A stretch of DNA of 64,000 bases, taken from positions 2,057 to 66,056 of IMG/VR virus record IMGVR_UViG_3300045973_000093, one strand, 5' to 3'. This document shows, one piece after another, positions 51,264-59,524 of this stretch. Every line of letters starts with the position of its first letter. Position 1 is the first letter of the stretch. A program made the position numbers and the translations under genes. The notes under the pieces were generated by a model. It saw nothing but the letters and a program-made list of their open reading frames with translations, made no database searches and was not told the DNA's origin. This DNA is from a virus. Lineage: Duplodnaviria > Caudoviricetes.

Positions 51264-51556
51264 TTCTTCGCTCCTTGAATCACGGCCAACGCAATAGCTT
51301 TTTGCGGGGTGTCTGTGTAGTGAGCGTTCCAGTTGCTAGTACGCCATTGCAACCCATTTGACATGGGGAAACATTCAAACTTCTCAGCAATCGGGCCGAT
51401 TACTCGCCAGTCGCGGTAGTCGAACAATTTCCAGTCGCGTACTGATCTGTCACAAACCAGCAGGTGGCTAGGCCACCAATGCATTGATGTGTATTGTTCT
51501 TCGTGCCCAATGGCAAGCGCGAGGGCTTTGGAAATTTCTAGATCAGATAAGCTCAT
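51260..51556 (-). CDS. NinX-like protein (copy 2)
   Basis: SD.EI..ALA...FDY.DW..IGPI.EK...TP..AI.LAVI. Confidence 0.6.
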   Translation of the reverse strand: MSLSDLEISKALALAIGHEEQYTSMHWWPSHLLVCDRSVRDWKLFDYRDWRVIGPIAEKFECFPMSNGLQWRTSNWNAHYTDTPQKAIALAVIQGAKK

Positions 51557-51887
51557 CCGGCACCTCCATGTCATCACCCAGCTTGCTTGCAACAAAGCAG
51601 CGCATGGCTGCAATCAGTGGGGTGGGGCCAGTGAACTCGTAAGGTTCGCCTTCATTGGTGGTGTATGCAGTCCACGTCCCTGCATATTCATCGGGTGTCA
51701 GTTGGATTGCGTTGTCCTCAATGATCGGGCCACCTTGTGCCCAGTCGGTTGAGTAGTTGTGCATACCGCAAGAGTGGTTGTCTTTGAACGTCTGCCCGAT
51801 GAAGTATGCTTTTGGCTTGCGGTTCAGTGAGACTTCCACCGCCCAATCAAGGGTAGCGCCTGTCAGGTCAGATGTTTTGATTTTCAT
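51543..51887 (-). CDS. NinX-like protein (copy 1)
   Basis: L.GA.LDWAV...YSTDWAQGGPIIE...GPTPLIAAMRCFVASKLG..EVP.EL. Confidence 0.75.
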   Translation of the reverse strand: MKIKTSDLTGATLDWAVEVSLNRKPKAYFIGQTFKDNHSCGMHNYSTDWAQGGPIIEDNAIQLTPDEYAGTWTAYTTNEGEPYEFTGPTPLIAAMRCFVASKLGDDMEVPDELI

Positions 51888-52090
51888 GACTGCTCTCCCA
51901 CAAAATAATGAAGCACAGGTTTCTTGATGGTCGGGCGATCAGTCACCCAGATTGATTCAGCACGGATAACGCCATCCTTGTGCAGTCGTGAACAGGTGCC
52001 CGACACTGGTACGCCGAGCGCTTCGTGCAGTTCCCCTGCTGTGGTCATTGGGTTCGACTTTAGGTAGTCGAGGATTCGGTGTTGGGTCAT
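51884..52090 (-). CDS. Small winged-helix protein
   Basis: MTQHRILDYLKSNPMTTAGELHEALGVP.....SRLHKDGVI; start inferred at 52090. Confidence 0.55.
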   Translation of the reverse strand: MTQHRILDYLKSNPMTTAGELHEALGVPVSGTCSRLHKDGVIRAESIWVTDRPTIKKPVLHYFVGEQS

Positions 52091-52091
52091 A

Positions 52092-52352
52092 TCAATACCA
52101 ATCTTCCGAAGCATCTGGGTACTTAATACGCAGCTCCAGCACCGCTTGGTCCCGAGCTTCTTCAGTGTGGAAGTCTTCGTCATAGACTTCATTCCATTCG
52201 TCGTTGTAGACGTACTCACGCACATACACAGTCCAGCCAGTCTCTACTGGCGGGTCTACGGGCGGGTCGGCATACGTGAACCCATCGATGTGTTCGTGGT
52301 CGCCGTTTTCTCTCGTGCCGTACTGATAGACACAGATTTCATACTGCTTCAT
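52092..52352 (-). CDS. Acidic hypothetical protein
   Basis: SD AGGAG; D/E-rich. Confidence 0.6.
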   Translation of the reverse strand: MKQYEICVYQYGTRENGDHEHIDGFTYADPPVDPPVETGWTVYVREYVYNDEWNEVYDEDFHTEEARDQAVLELRIKYPDASEDWY

Positions 52353-52507
52353 GTTCAGCTCCTACAGCTCCATAGTGCATTTCTTGTTGTCGAACTCGAA
52401 CACCAAGCGGCTATGTTCAACATAGACTTTGACCTGCTCTTTGTCGCTCCAGCTCAGGCCGAAGTAACGCAGCACGTCCTTAAATTCTTCATAGAAATCT
52501 TCACCGT

Positions 52508-52681
52508 TCATCTGCAGCTCCAGGCGATGATCCGCACGCCGTCAGTCGCGCTGCAGATCTGTTTGTTGTCCACGAACACGATGTAGTCCTCAAGCGCCAG
52601 CGGCTTGGGCGGCGGTACGTACGTGGCGCACCCTGTAAGCGTGAGCAGCGCCAGCTCAACTGGCGTGCGCTTGCTACCCAC
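52508..52681 (-). CDS. Small putative lipoprotein (not in ORF track)
   Basis: GTG start; ..KRTPVELALLTLTGC-ATYVPPPKP...C...WSCR*. Confidence 0.4.
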   Translation of the reverse strand: MGSKRTPVELALLTLTGCATYVPPPKPLALEDYIVFVDNKQICSATDGVRIIAWSCR

Positions 52682-53069
52682 GGAGATTCGCCATCACGGC
52701 CTGTACGACCTTGTTGATATTTTCGATTCCGTTAGAGATGAACGGATGTGCGACCTTGACTTCTTTTTCAGTCATGTACATCTTCATCACTGCGGCGGGC
52801 AGAGTTTTGGCGTGTACAGATAGCTGTAGCAGGTCCAACAGCACTCGGCTGTCGTTGGTAACCTCGTTGTCAGCGCGTGCGTAGAGCGAAGCAATAGTCA
52901 CGATCATCTCGGACTCGTGCTTGGCGAGCGCCATGATCATCTCGGCCTTGTCGGCCAGAGCGTCTCCGTGCTGAGAACGCAGGCTCTCAAGCATCTCGAC
53001 GTTCTTGTCGATCTGTTGGTTTGCGAACGCCATAAATTGTTCTGCGGTTTCTATCATTTGCTGCTCCAT
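52674..53069 (-). CDS. Hypothetical helical protein
   Basis: 131 aa, packed in operon. Confidence 0.55.
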   Translation of the reverse strand: MEQQMIETAEQFMAFANQQIDKNVEMLESLRSQHGDALADKAEMIMALAKHESEMIVTIASLYARADNEVTNDSRVLLDLLQLSVHAKTLPAAVMKMYMTEKEVKVAHPFISNGIENINKVVQAVMANLRG

Positions 53070-53302
53070 TTAACAAACAGTTTGAAAAATACGCCGACGA
53101 TGAGCGCACAGATTGCTGCACTCATACCTCCGGTCAATGTGCCCTTGTGCATGCTGAATACGACGTAAAACACGACGATCTCAACAGTCAGTGTGAAGAA
53201 ATCAAATGTCAGTGCTTTGCGCAGCATGCTGAAGATTCCTATCGCCAGCAGCACGCCGTAGAACAGCGGTGCTGCGTCTATGTGCCCGAAGAATGCACCC
53301 AT
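53054..53302 (-). CDS. Small three-TM membrane protein
   Basis: SD AAGGAG; hydrophobic spans. Confidence 0.65.
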   Translation of the reverse strand: MGAFFGHIDAAPLFYGVLLAIGIFSMLRKALTFDFFTLTVEIVVFYVVFSMHKGTLTGGMSAAICALIVGVFFKLFVKWSSK

Positions 53303-53506
53303 GATGTGGCTCCTTGTGTTAGTGCTGGTTACGTTTCCAGTGACTCAGCGACAGAGTCCGCGAGATACCGCCTATAGCGGATAACACCCTGGTGCCTAGC
53401 CAGTAGCGACTGCACATTCACGCTTGCAGTTACGGCATGCTTATTACCGAGCATGCTTCCGGCCCACGGCCAGTGGTCAAAGCAGGAGGTTGTTCGTCCT
53501 GCTGGC

Positions 53507-53926
53507 TTAACTCCATGTTTCATGTGCTTCGGCGATCCACTCCAGACCGTCGTACTCTTCGATAAACCACTCGACGTCGTCCGGGATCTCGACTACTTTC
53601 AGATTTGCATAGCGGTCGTTGGCCATAGCACCCAGTGCTTCGACCGCAGCCACGAGGTCTGGATCGTCGCGATCGAAGCTGCTGGCGCTGACGGTCGCGT
53701 TGCGGTATGCAGCGTTGTACGCTGTGCGTTCTGTCTGTGACATGTTCTCCCATGTCTTGTAGTCCCACTTAGCAGCGTGCTGCTCAGGTGGCACGGTCCA
53801 GTACGTTGTGTACAGCCCTTTGTTCTCTGGATAGAGCGTGAGGCCACGGCGCTTGGCTATGAAGTCGATGGCCGCAGCACTGAGACCGAAGCCTCCGTGA
53901 CATTTGTTGATTACGATTTTTTTCAT
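53507..53926 (-). CDS. Conserved phage hypothetical protein
   Basis: KIVIN.C.GGFGLS...RDDP.LV..VE.LG..A....A.L.VVEIP.DV.W.I.EYDG.EW. Confidence 0.75.
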   Translation of the reverse strand: MKKIVINKCHGGFGLSAAAIDFIAKRRGLTLYPENKGLYTTYWTVPPEQHAAKWDYKTWENMSQTERTAYNAAYRNATVSASSFDRDDPDLVAAVEALGAMANDRYANLKVVEIPDDVEWFIEEYDGLEWIAEAHETWS

Positions 53927-56382
53927 TTCACCCTCTTCAGTTGTTTAGGTTCTTGTGCTGTGAACTGAGCTGCCATTTCTTTGAGCCACGAGGCTGGTGC
54001 CCGCCACTCAACACGCAGCCCGTAGGTCAGCTCGTTGCCGATGCGGATACGTTCAGTCTTGATGCCACGGTGTTTGAGCATGCTGGTGAACTTGTTAGGT
54101 GTCTTAGGCATATTTCCTACGCAGTGCTCGAATATGACGAGCAGCTCGTCGCGTGTCAGCTTGCTCTCGGTTGTCACCATAGAGTCCTTGCCGTTTTTGA
54201 GCAGCACGCTTGTTTTGTAGCTGCCAGTGCCAGGACTCTCGATCATGGTCTTGATCTCACGCTTCATCATGTCGTGGTACAGGTGTGCATAGCCTGCGTT
54301 GCCGCCACTGAGCTGTAGCGCCATGTTCAGGTCCATGCGCAGTCCCCACAGGGCCATGATGTCGCCGTTGGCGAGCTGGTTCGTGGTTACGTCGATGCTG
54401 GTCTTGTTGTTCTCAACTAGCTCGGCGTGTGCTGCGTTCTTGATAGCTGTGGCAGCGACCTGTACGTCGGCCTTGCGCGTCATGATGTACTGCATGAAGT
54501 GCTCCAGCTCTTTGGGCAGGGCCTCATCGATCTCACGCTGTGTGATCTGCAGCCGCTCGGTTTGGAAGTGACCTACGTTGTAACGACGGTCGTTGCCTTT
54601 GATCTGCACGGGGTCTGGTTCGTTGGAGCTGAACAGCAGGCCTGTGTAGTTCCTGATCTGAGCCGCTGCGCGGTTCATACCACGGATAGTCACATAGTCC
54701 TCAGTGATGAAGTTACGCAGGTCGCCGCTGATGATGTCTTTGCGGACTGATGCTGAGACCTTGATCTCATCGATGAAAGCTATGAGCGCTTTTTCCATCC
54801 AGCCATTGAATTTTTCTTCAAGTTCGCTTGCTCGTTTGGACTGCACATAGTCGCGCCCGAGTAGCGGTGCCAGGATGTTATTGACAATCAGTCCTTTGCC
54901 TGTGCCCTCAGTTCCATGCAGTACCCACGCCGTCTTGGGTTTGATACGGTGCTGGAAGATGACTGCCAGCCAGTTGAGCCATGTCTCGAATGTCTCGTCG
55001 TCTTTGCCGCCGCTGATGGCATGCATCATGATTCGCTTGATTAGCGGGCACTTGGACAGTAAGCCTTTGGTTGTGAAGTCCTGGTGGAAGTAGGGGCTGG
55101 GCACATAGGTGTTGATCACACGTGCTGTTTCGTCAATGATGACTGTGTTTTGAGGATTGAATTGCAAGTCCCATACGGGTATGACATCGAACGGAGGCAG
55201 GTTGTGGTTCTGCATCCAGTGATTGAGCTGCAGCTCTGACTTCGCAGGATGCAGCTCTAAGTACTTTGTGTCTTCGCGCCAGATTCCATTCCAGTATTGC
55301 GCCGTGCGCTTGTCACGGAATGCCAGCACCAGCTCGCCACCTTCGATGGGCTGGGATTGCTGGATCTTTTGCTGAGTCTTGATGTCTTTGTAATAGTCAG
55401 GCAGTAGCTCTTTGGTGAGGTAGCTTGGTTCGCCTTTGAAGTTATGGATGAGTTCAGGGTCATTGGCGTGATGCCAATAGCCCCAGCTATCGCCACCATT
55501 GAGATTGAAGTAAACGTATCCACGATCTTCCTTGCGTCCAGTGATGATGGCCTGTCCGGGCTTGGGTTGCACCTCATGCTCGCCGACCCACTTGGTTGCG
55601 GCCTTGATGGGTGGTAGCTTGGATTCTTTACGCAGTTCGTTGCGCAGCTCACGAGCTTCTTCCTTGGTCTGCTCCATCGTTCGCTCTGGGAGTACGAGCT
55701 TGGCACGTAGGAACTGGTTCTTACCGGCTACGAATTGGATTCGCTCAGAGTTCTTTAGAGTGCAAGGCACGCCTTTGCCTATGGATGGCGGTGCTATGTA
55801 CAGGAGCTTGTCGTTCTGACATGCGGTGATGTCAATGGGCCAGTGCAGTGCTGCGCCCGTGCGACTGAGTGTGATGCCCTTCTTGAGTGTGGGATCTGTG
55901 AGGTTCTTGTCCATGAGCCATGTCTTGACGTGCGAGGCACTGACCTTGGCGTCCATCATGATGAACACGTGAGCAGATAGTTTGGTGTTGCCGTCCACTC
56001 CACTCGATGCTGAGTACTGGACGATGTGTGCCACGTCTTTGAACTCAGTGATGGAGGACATGAAGTCCTTCACTGAAGTGTAGGGCGCTCCATCCAAGTC
56101 CAGACACAGCCAAGATGACGCATCGTCACTCTTTGTTGCCCCAGCACGTGACTCGCCATTGAGATCTTTGTGAAGCTGTCCTTTGACAAGACAGTGTCCG
56201 AGAGATGCGTGCTTGACGAGGGCGGTGTGGAAGTCTTTGAGCGAAGCACATTGGACTGAGTGCGAGGTGAAGTCTTTGACATTTGGGTAGCTCGATTTCT
56301 GTAGTTCGCCGCCCGCATCAAGCCAGAAGGACTTGGTGAGTGGCGTATCGGCGGAGAGGAAATAGATGGTGGTGGCGGCCAT
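53923..56382 (-). CDS. Primase-helicase (AEP-type primase plus SF3/DUF5906-like helicase)
   Basis: N-terminal CLDLDG and SAH motifs; C-terminal G.EGTGKG Walker A, FIDE, SN, DRRY. Confidence 0.85.
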   Translation of the reverse strand: MAATTIYFLSADTPLTKSFWLDAGGELQKSSYPNVKDFTSHSVQCASLKDFHTALVKHASLGHCLVKGQLHKDLNGESRAGATKSDDASSWLCLDLDGAPYTSVKDFMSSITEFKDVAHIVQYSASSGVDGNTKLSAHVFIMMDAKVSASHVKTWLMDKNLTDPTLKKGITLSRTGAALHWPIDITACQNDKLLYIAPPSIGKGVPCTLKNSERIQFVAGKNQFLRAKLVLPERTMEQTKEEARELRNELRKESKLPPIKAATKWVGEHEVQPKPGQAIITGRKEDRGYVYFNLNGGDSWGYWHHANDPELIHNFKGEPSYLTKELLPDYYKDIKTQQKIQQSQPIEGGELVLAFRDKRTAQYWNGIWREDTKYLELHPAKSELQLNHWMQNHNLPPFDVIPVWDLQFNPQNTVIIDETARVINTYVPSPYFHQDFTTKGLLSKCPLIKRIMMHAISGGKDDETFETWLNWLAVIFQHRIKPKTAWVLHGTEGTGKGLIVNNILAPLLGRDYVQSKRASELEEKFNGWMEKALIAFIDEIKVSASVRKDIISGDLRNFITEDYVTIRGMNRAAAQIRNYTGLLFSSNEPDPVQIKGNDRRYNVGHFQTERLQITQREIDEALPKELEHFMQYIMTRKADVQVAATAIKNAAHAELVENNKTSIDVTTNQLANGDIMALWGLRMDLNMALQLSGGNAGYAHLYHDMMKREIKTMIESPGTGSYKTSVLLKNGKDSMVTTESKLTRDELLVIFEHCVGNMPKTPNKFTSMLKHRGIKTERIRIGNELTYGLRVEWRAPASWLKEMAAQFTAQEPKQLKRVK

Positions 56383-56399
56383 TTTGAGTTCCGTTTTTG

Positions 56400-56845
56400 T
56401 TTTTCTCTGTTCCGAGTTTTGGTACAGGGAACTGAGAACTGGGCGAGAGCAGATTAGATCACGTTAGAGTTGAACGAGTAATAGTCATTTTTTATTGATC
56501 TTTCACGACTCATTGGCACACAGACGGAACATGCTTTGGAACGCTATAGCTTCCCTCTGAGCCACCCTCTCTTTGTTCCATTGTTCTAATATATTATTAT
56601 TATTAATAGAGAGAGAGAGTAGAGAAGAGAGTGTGTATATATATACTGTGGGGAGAGTGAAACACGTTTCGGAACGGAACAAGCCCTGTCCGACGTCCCA
56701 CGTGCTCAGTCCCATGTTCGATGTTCTCAAACTGTATAAACTGTTTATATCAATGCGGTTCTTTGCTCATTGATATAAACTGTTTATATCAATACAGTCA
56801 CATAGCTCCCTGGTTGTTCAAAAATGTGCGACGCACATTTTTTAT
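56400..56845. promoter_or_regulatory. Candidate replication origin/control region
   Basis: Non-coding, AT-rich, about 10 TGTTC/GGAAC units, GA/TA dinucleotide runs, two long palindromes; upstream of primase-helicase. Confidence 0.55.
56446..56468 (-). promoter_or_regulatory. Phased TCT motif (3 units)
   Basis: Minus strand TCTAACGTGA-TCTAATCTGC-TCTCGC. Confidence 0.6.
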
Positions 56846-56877
56846 TTCTTCGTACGCAGTACGACGCGCTGAGTTTG

Positions 56878-56913
56878 AAAAACAAAACGCCCACACGCGT
56901 GTGCGTGTGAGCG
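56878..56913 (-). terminator. Rho-independent terminator
   Basis: Minus strand CGCTCACACGC-ACAC-GCGTGTGGGCG then TTTTGTTTTT. Confidence 0.75.
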
Positions 56914-56919
56914 AGTTGG

Positions 56920-57825
56920 TTACGCGGCGGTTGTGACTTTGATGCCGTTGTCCAGAGTCGTTGTCACTTTCTCAGTTTGGACTGGGCGCGGAGCACGTTG
57001 CACTTTCTTCGCTGCAACTTTCTTGACGCGCTTTGCCTTTGGTGCTTTGGGCGCAGACATCTGTTCGATGAGGTCAGGCATGAGGCGCTGGATGATGATG
57101 TGATCACCAACACCGAGCACTGTGTCCCCAGACCGACCGAACAACGTGTTGTTGATGCAGGTCTGGAGTGCGCGGTTGAGTGAAGCCATCAGCTTGTTCG
57201 CCAAATATTCTTTGACGTCCGAATCCAGTTGGCTGTAGTTCTCATCGTCCTCGTCGTCCATCGCGACTGCGAACACGTTGTCGATCACGTATTCGACTGC
57301 ACCGGCGCGTTGCTTGCGCAGATTGGCGAAGTGGTTGTCCGAGTTGAGTCGCTCCTTCTTTGCAGCAGCGATCATGTCGGCAGTGACGGTGATGCCCAGA
57401 CTTGCAAGCATGGGCACAGCTTCCTTGTTGATGTCACGTTCGCGCTGCGGCCCTGTCATCATCGTGATGGTGGACTGGATAGAGCCGAGGTCGTCGTCTG
57501 CCTTGCGGCCAGTCGTGACCATCGTGCTGTGCAGCAACTCGTAGCGCCATTCAACATGCAGCTTGAAGAGCTTCTTGTTGGCAGCGATCACGTCCTTGCC
57601 AGCGCCAGTCTCAGGTCCTGAGATCAGAGCAGCGAACTCACGACGATCCAGTTCCTTGAACTCGTGGTAGCCAGCAGCCTGCAGCTTCTGAACGATAGCG
57701 TCAGCCGCAGCAAACAGCGAAGCGTTGACCGAGCCAACCATCGACAGCCAGACTTGCTTGCGGATCGCAGCGCTGGGGATGTCCTTGACGAATTGGGTGA
57801 GATTGAAAGATTTGTTGAAAGACAT
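56920..57825 (-). CDS. Early hypothetical protein with Lys-rich tail
   Basis: SD AAGGAG; 301 aa; APKAPKAKRVKKVAAKK. Confidence 0.75.
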   Translation of the reverse strand: MSFNKSFNLTQFVKDIPSAAIRKQVWLSMVGSVNASLFAAADAIVQKLQAAGYHEFKELDRREFAALISGPETGAGKDVIAANKKLFKLHVEWRYELLHSTMVTTGRKADDDLGSIQSTITMMTGPQRERDINKEAVPMLASLGITVTADMIAAAKKERLNSDNHFANLRKQRAGAVEYVIDNVFAVAMDDEDDENYSQLDSDVKEYLANKLMASLNRALQTCINNTLFGRSGDTVLGVGDHIIIQRLMPDLIEQMSAPKAPKAKRVKKVAAKKVQRAPRPVQTEKVTTTLDNGIKVTTAA

Positions 57826-57828
57826 AAC

Positions 57829-58005
57829 TTACTCCTTAGCGGTATTGATTGAGGTTTTGCGGGTTGCAGCAAGTACGAAGGTCTCGTGTTGTTCAAACAA
57901 CGACTCAACCTCGCACTCATCTTCTACGGTCTCGCACTCTGCACGCAGCAGTACGAGCAACGGGTCGGTGTCAGACGTAAAGCCTTCACCGGATCTCAGG
58001 TGCAT
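57829..58005 (-). CDS. Small acidic early protein (not in ORF track)
   Basis: SD AAGGAG; MHLRSGEGFTSDTDPLLVLLRAECETVEDECEVES...KE*. Confidence 0.5.
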   Translation of the reverse strand: MHLRSGEGFTSDTDPLLVLLRAECETVEDECEVESLFEQHETFVLAATRKTSINTAKE

Positions 58006-58040
58006 AAGAACTCCTTGTTAATGCGTAGCCACGTCGGCTA

Positions 58041-58088
58041 CAAAACAAAAACTCGATGCGCCGAGCCCGCGAGGCCCGACGCACCGAG
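58041..58088 (-). terminator. Rho-independent terminator
   Basis: Minus strand GGTGCGTCGGGCC-TCGC-GGGCTCGGCGCATC then GAGTTTTTGTTTTG. Confidence 0.65.
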
Positions 58089-58091
58089 TGC

Positions 58092-58277
58092 TTAGTTCAA
58101 CGCCAGCTCCATGAGCCAAGGGCAGCTTGGGTTGCCGTCCACCAGCCGACGCACCAGAGCAAGGTCTTCCTTGTCTAGTGTGCTGAGTGGTGTCCAGCCG
58201 CTTTCGGCTAAGACCGAGACACCAAAGATCAAGTCCTTGGTGAGCGCAATAGCGCCGTTTGTCCATGTGATGTTCAT
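58092..58277 (-). CDS. Small early hypothetical protein
   Basis: SD AGGAG before MNITWTNG. Confidence 0.55.
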   Translation of the reverse strand: MNITWTNGAIALTKDLIFGVSVLAESGWTPLSTLDKEDLALVRRLVDGNPSCPWLMELALN

Positions 58278-58347
58278 AGCTTTCTCCTGTTCCCCACGCC
58301 CCATGCGTGGTGTTCAACGCCGCTAGAGGGCCGAAGCCCTCTGTTCT

Positions 58348-58548
58348 TTAGTACTGGTTGCGGTGATAGCGATACGCAGCCATGAAGTTCTCTCCGAACT
58401 TGGGGACACCGGCTGCGAGCTTTGCTGCTGATTCAGCCAACGATGTGTCAGCTTGAGCAGCAGGTTTGGCTTGCTTGTTAGCCTCGCGATAGAACGCAAG
58501 ACGTTGTGCTGCGGACATAGTGCTGAGGTCGAGGGACTTTGTTGCCAT
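58348..58548 (-). CDS. First leftward (early) small protein
   Basis: SD AAGGAG, 66 aa. Confidence 0.65.
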   Translation of the reverse strand: MATKSLDLSTMSAAQRLAFYREANKQAKPAAQADTSLAESAAKLAAGVPKFGENFMAAYRYHRNQY

Positions 58549-58845
58549 GATTAACTCCTTAAGGTTGAATAGCTTGGCTAGCTACACAATCAACACTCGA
58601 TGGGCGAGCCTGCGAGCCTGAATTGATTAAGGGACTCCAAGTACCAGGGGTGATACGAATCCGAAGTGGGGGCACCGAATTCAGCACCCCTGGAGGGGTG
58701 GAGCCGCGACTAGATCTACGGGTTTTCACAGAACTCAGTCCTCCGTCCCGAGCACTTCGTTCCCAGTTCGAAAAACTTTTCCGCACCCACCCCCGTCATT
58801 TTTCTAAACGGACTTCTCCATAAAAATTTATAAAATTTTTGGGAC

Positions 58846-58881
58846 TCTTCTACAATCTCACGAAATCTGGAGGGATCTAAC
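58846..58881 (+). promoter_or_regulatory. Phased TCT motif (4 units) at start of packaging/late operon
   Basis: TCTTCTACAA-TCTCACGAAA-TCTGGAGGGA-TCTAAC-ATG. Confidence 0.6.
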
Positions 58882-59109
58882 ATGGCCGAGCAGCTCAGCA
58901 TCGTCAAGCGAATAGCGAAGTTCATCGAGGGCATTCACGAGGCGACGGGCGAAAGACCAAGGGCCATCGTTATTAACGAGCGCCAACTTCATGAGCTTGC
59001 GTGGGAGACCGGCGTGATCGTGGAGGAGGGCACTGAAGCAGCGTTCTGGGGCATCCCTCTCATCATTGACAGGAGCGAACATGGCGCGTCGACCATCGAA
59101 AATCACTGA
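58882..59109 (+). CDS. Hypothetical protein
   Basis: SD GGAGG; first rightward gene. Confidence 0.6.
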   Translation: MAEQLSIVKRIAKFIEGIHEATGERPRAIVINERQLHELAWETGVIVEEGTEAAFWGIPLIIDRSEHGASTIENH

Positions 59110-59524
59110 GAAGCAGCAGACCTACGTGGACAGCATCATGGAGGGCAAATCCAAAGATGCGTCGGCAAAGGCTGCGGGCTATCCACACGCGCAGCACTTG
59201 GAGAGATCAGAGACGGTGCGCCAAGAGATTGCACTGGCTCGCGAAAAACTCACGGACCTCACGCAGATCAGGCGTCTTGATGTGGTGGACGGCATCATGG
59301 ACGGTATCTCACTTGCGCGTATGCAGGGTGATGCGGGCAATGTGATCAAGGGCTGGACCGAAGTGGGCAAGATGTTGGGCCACTACGCACCAGAAGTGAA
59401 GACCTTGAACCTGAACCTGAACCAGCAGCGGCTGCGTTCTAAGTTCGAAGCCCTCAGTGATGAGGAGCTGCTTGCAATTCAGAATGGGGCCGTGATCGAT
59501 GTCGATTCAAAAACCATCAACTAG
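59081..59524 (+). CDS. terS: Terminase small subunit
   Basis: TEKQ..YV......S...A.AAGY HTH, K.LG.Y, LSDEEL; directly upstream of terL. Confidence 0.8.
   Translation: MARRPSKITEKQQTYVDSIMEGKSKDASAKAAGYPHAQHLERSETVRQEIALAREKLTDLTQIRRLDVVDGIMDGISLARMQGDAGNVIKGWTEVGKMLGHYAPEVKTLNLNLNQQRLRSKFEALSDEELLAIQNGAVIDVDSKTIN

Noticed and set aside
56780-56797. LexA (SOS) box
   Set aside because: CTG-N12-CAG rather than the CTG-N10-CAG consensus
56503-56936. ORFs 56503-56730, 56573-56773 and 56721-56936
   Set aside because: They translate simple-sequence and palindromic DNA and lack SDs; the region is better explained as non-coding control DNA
58324-58343. Intrinsic terminator AGAGGGC-CGAA-GCCCTCT
   Set aside because: The hairpin is real but lacks a U-tract on the transcribed (minus) strand; may be a stabilising or processing stem
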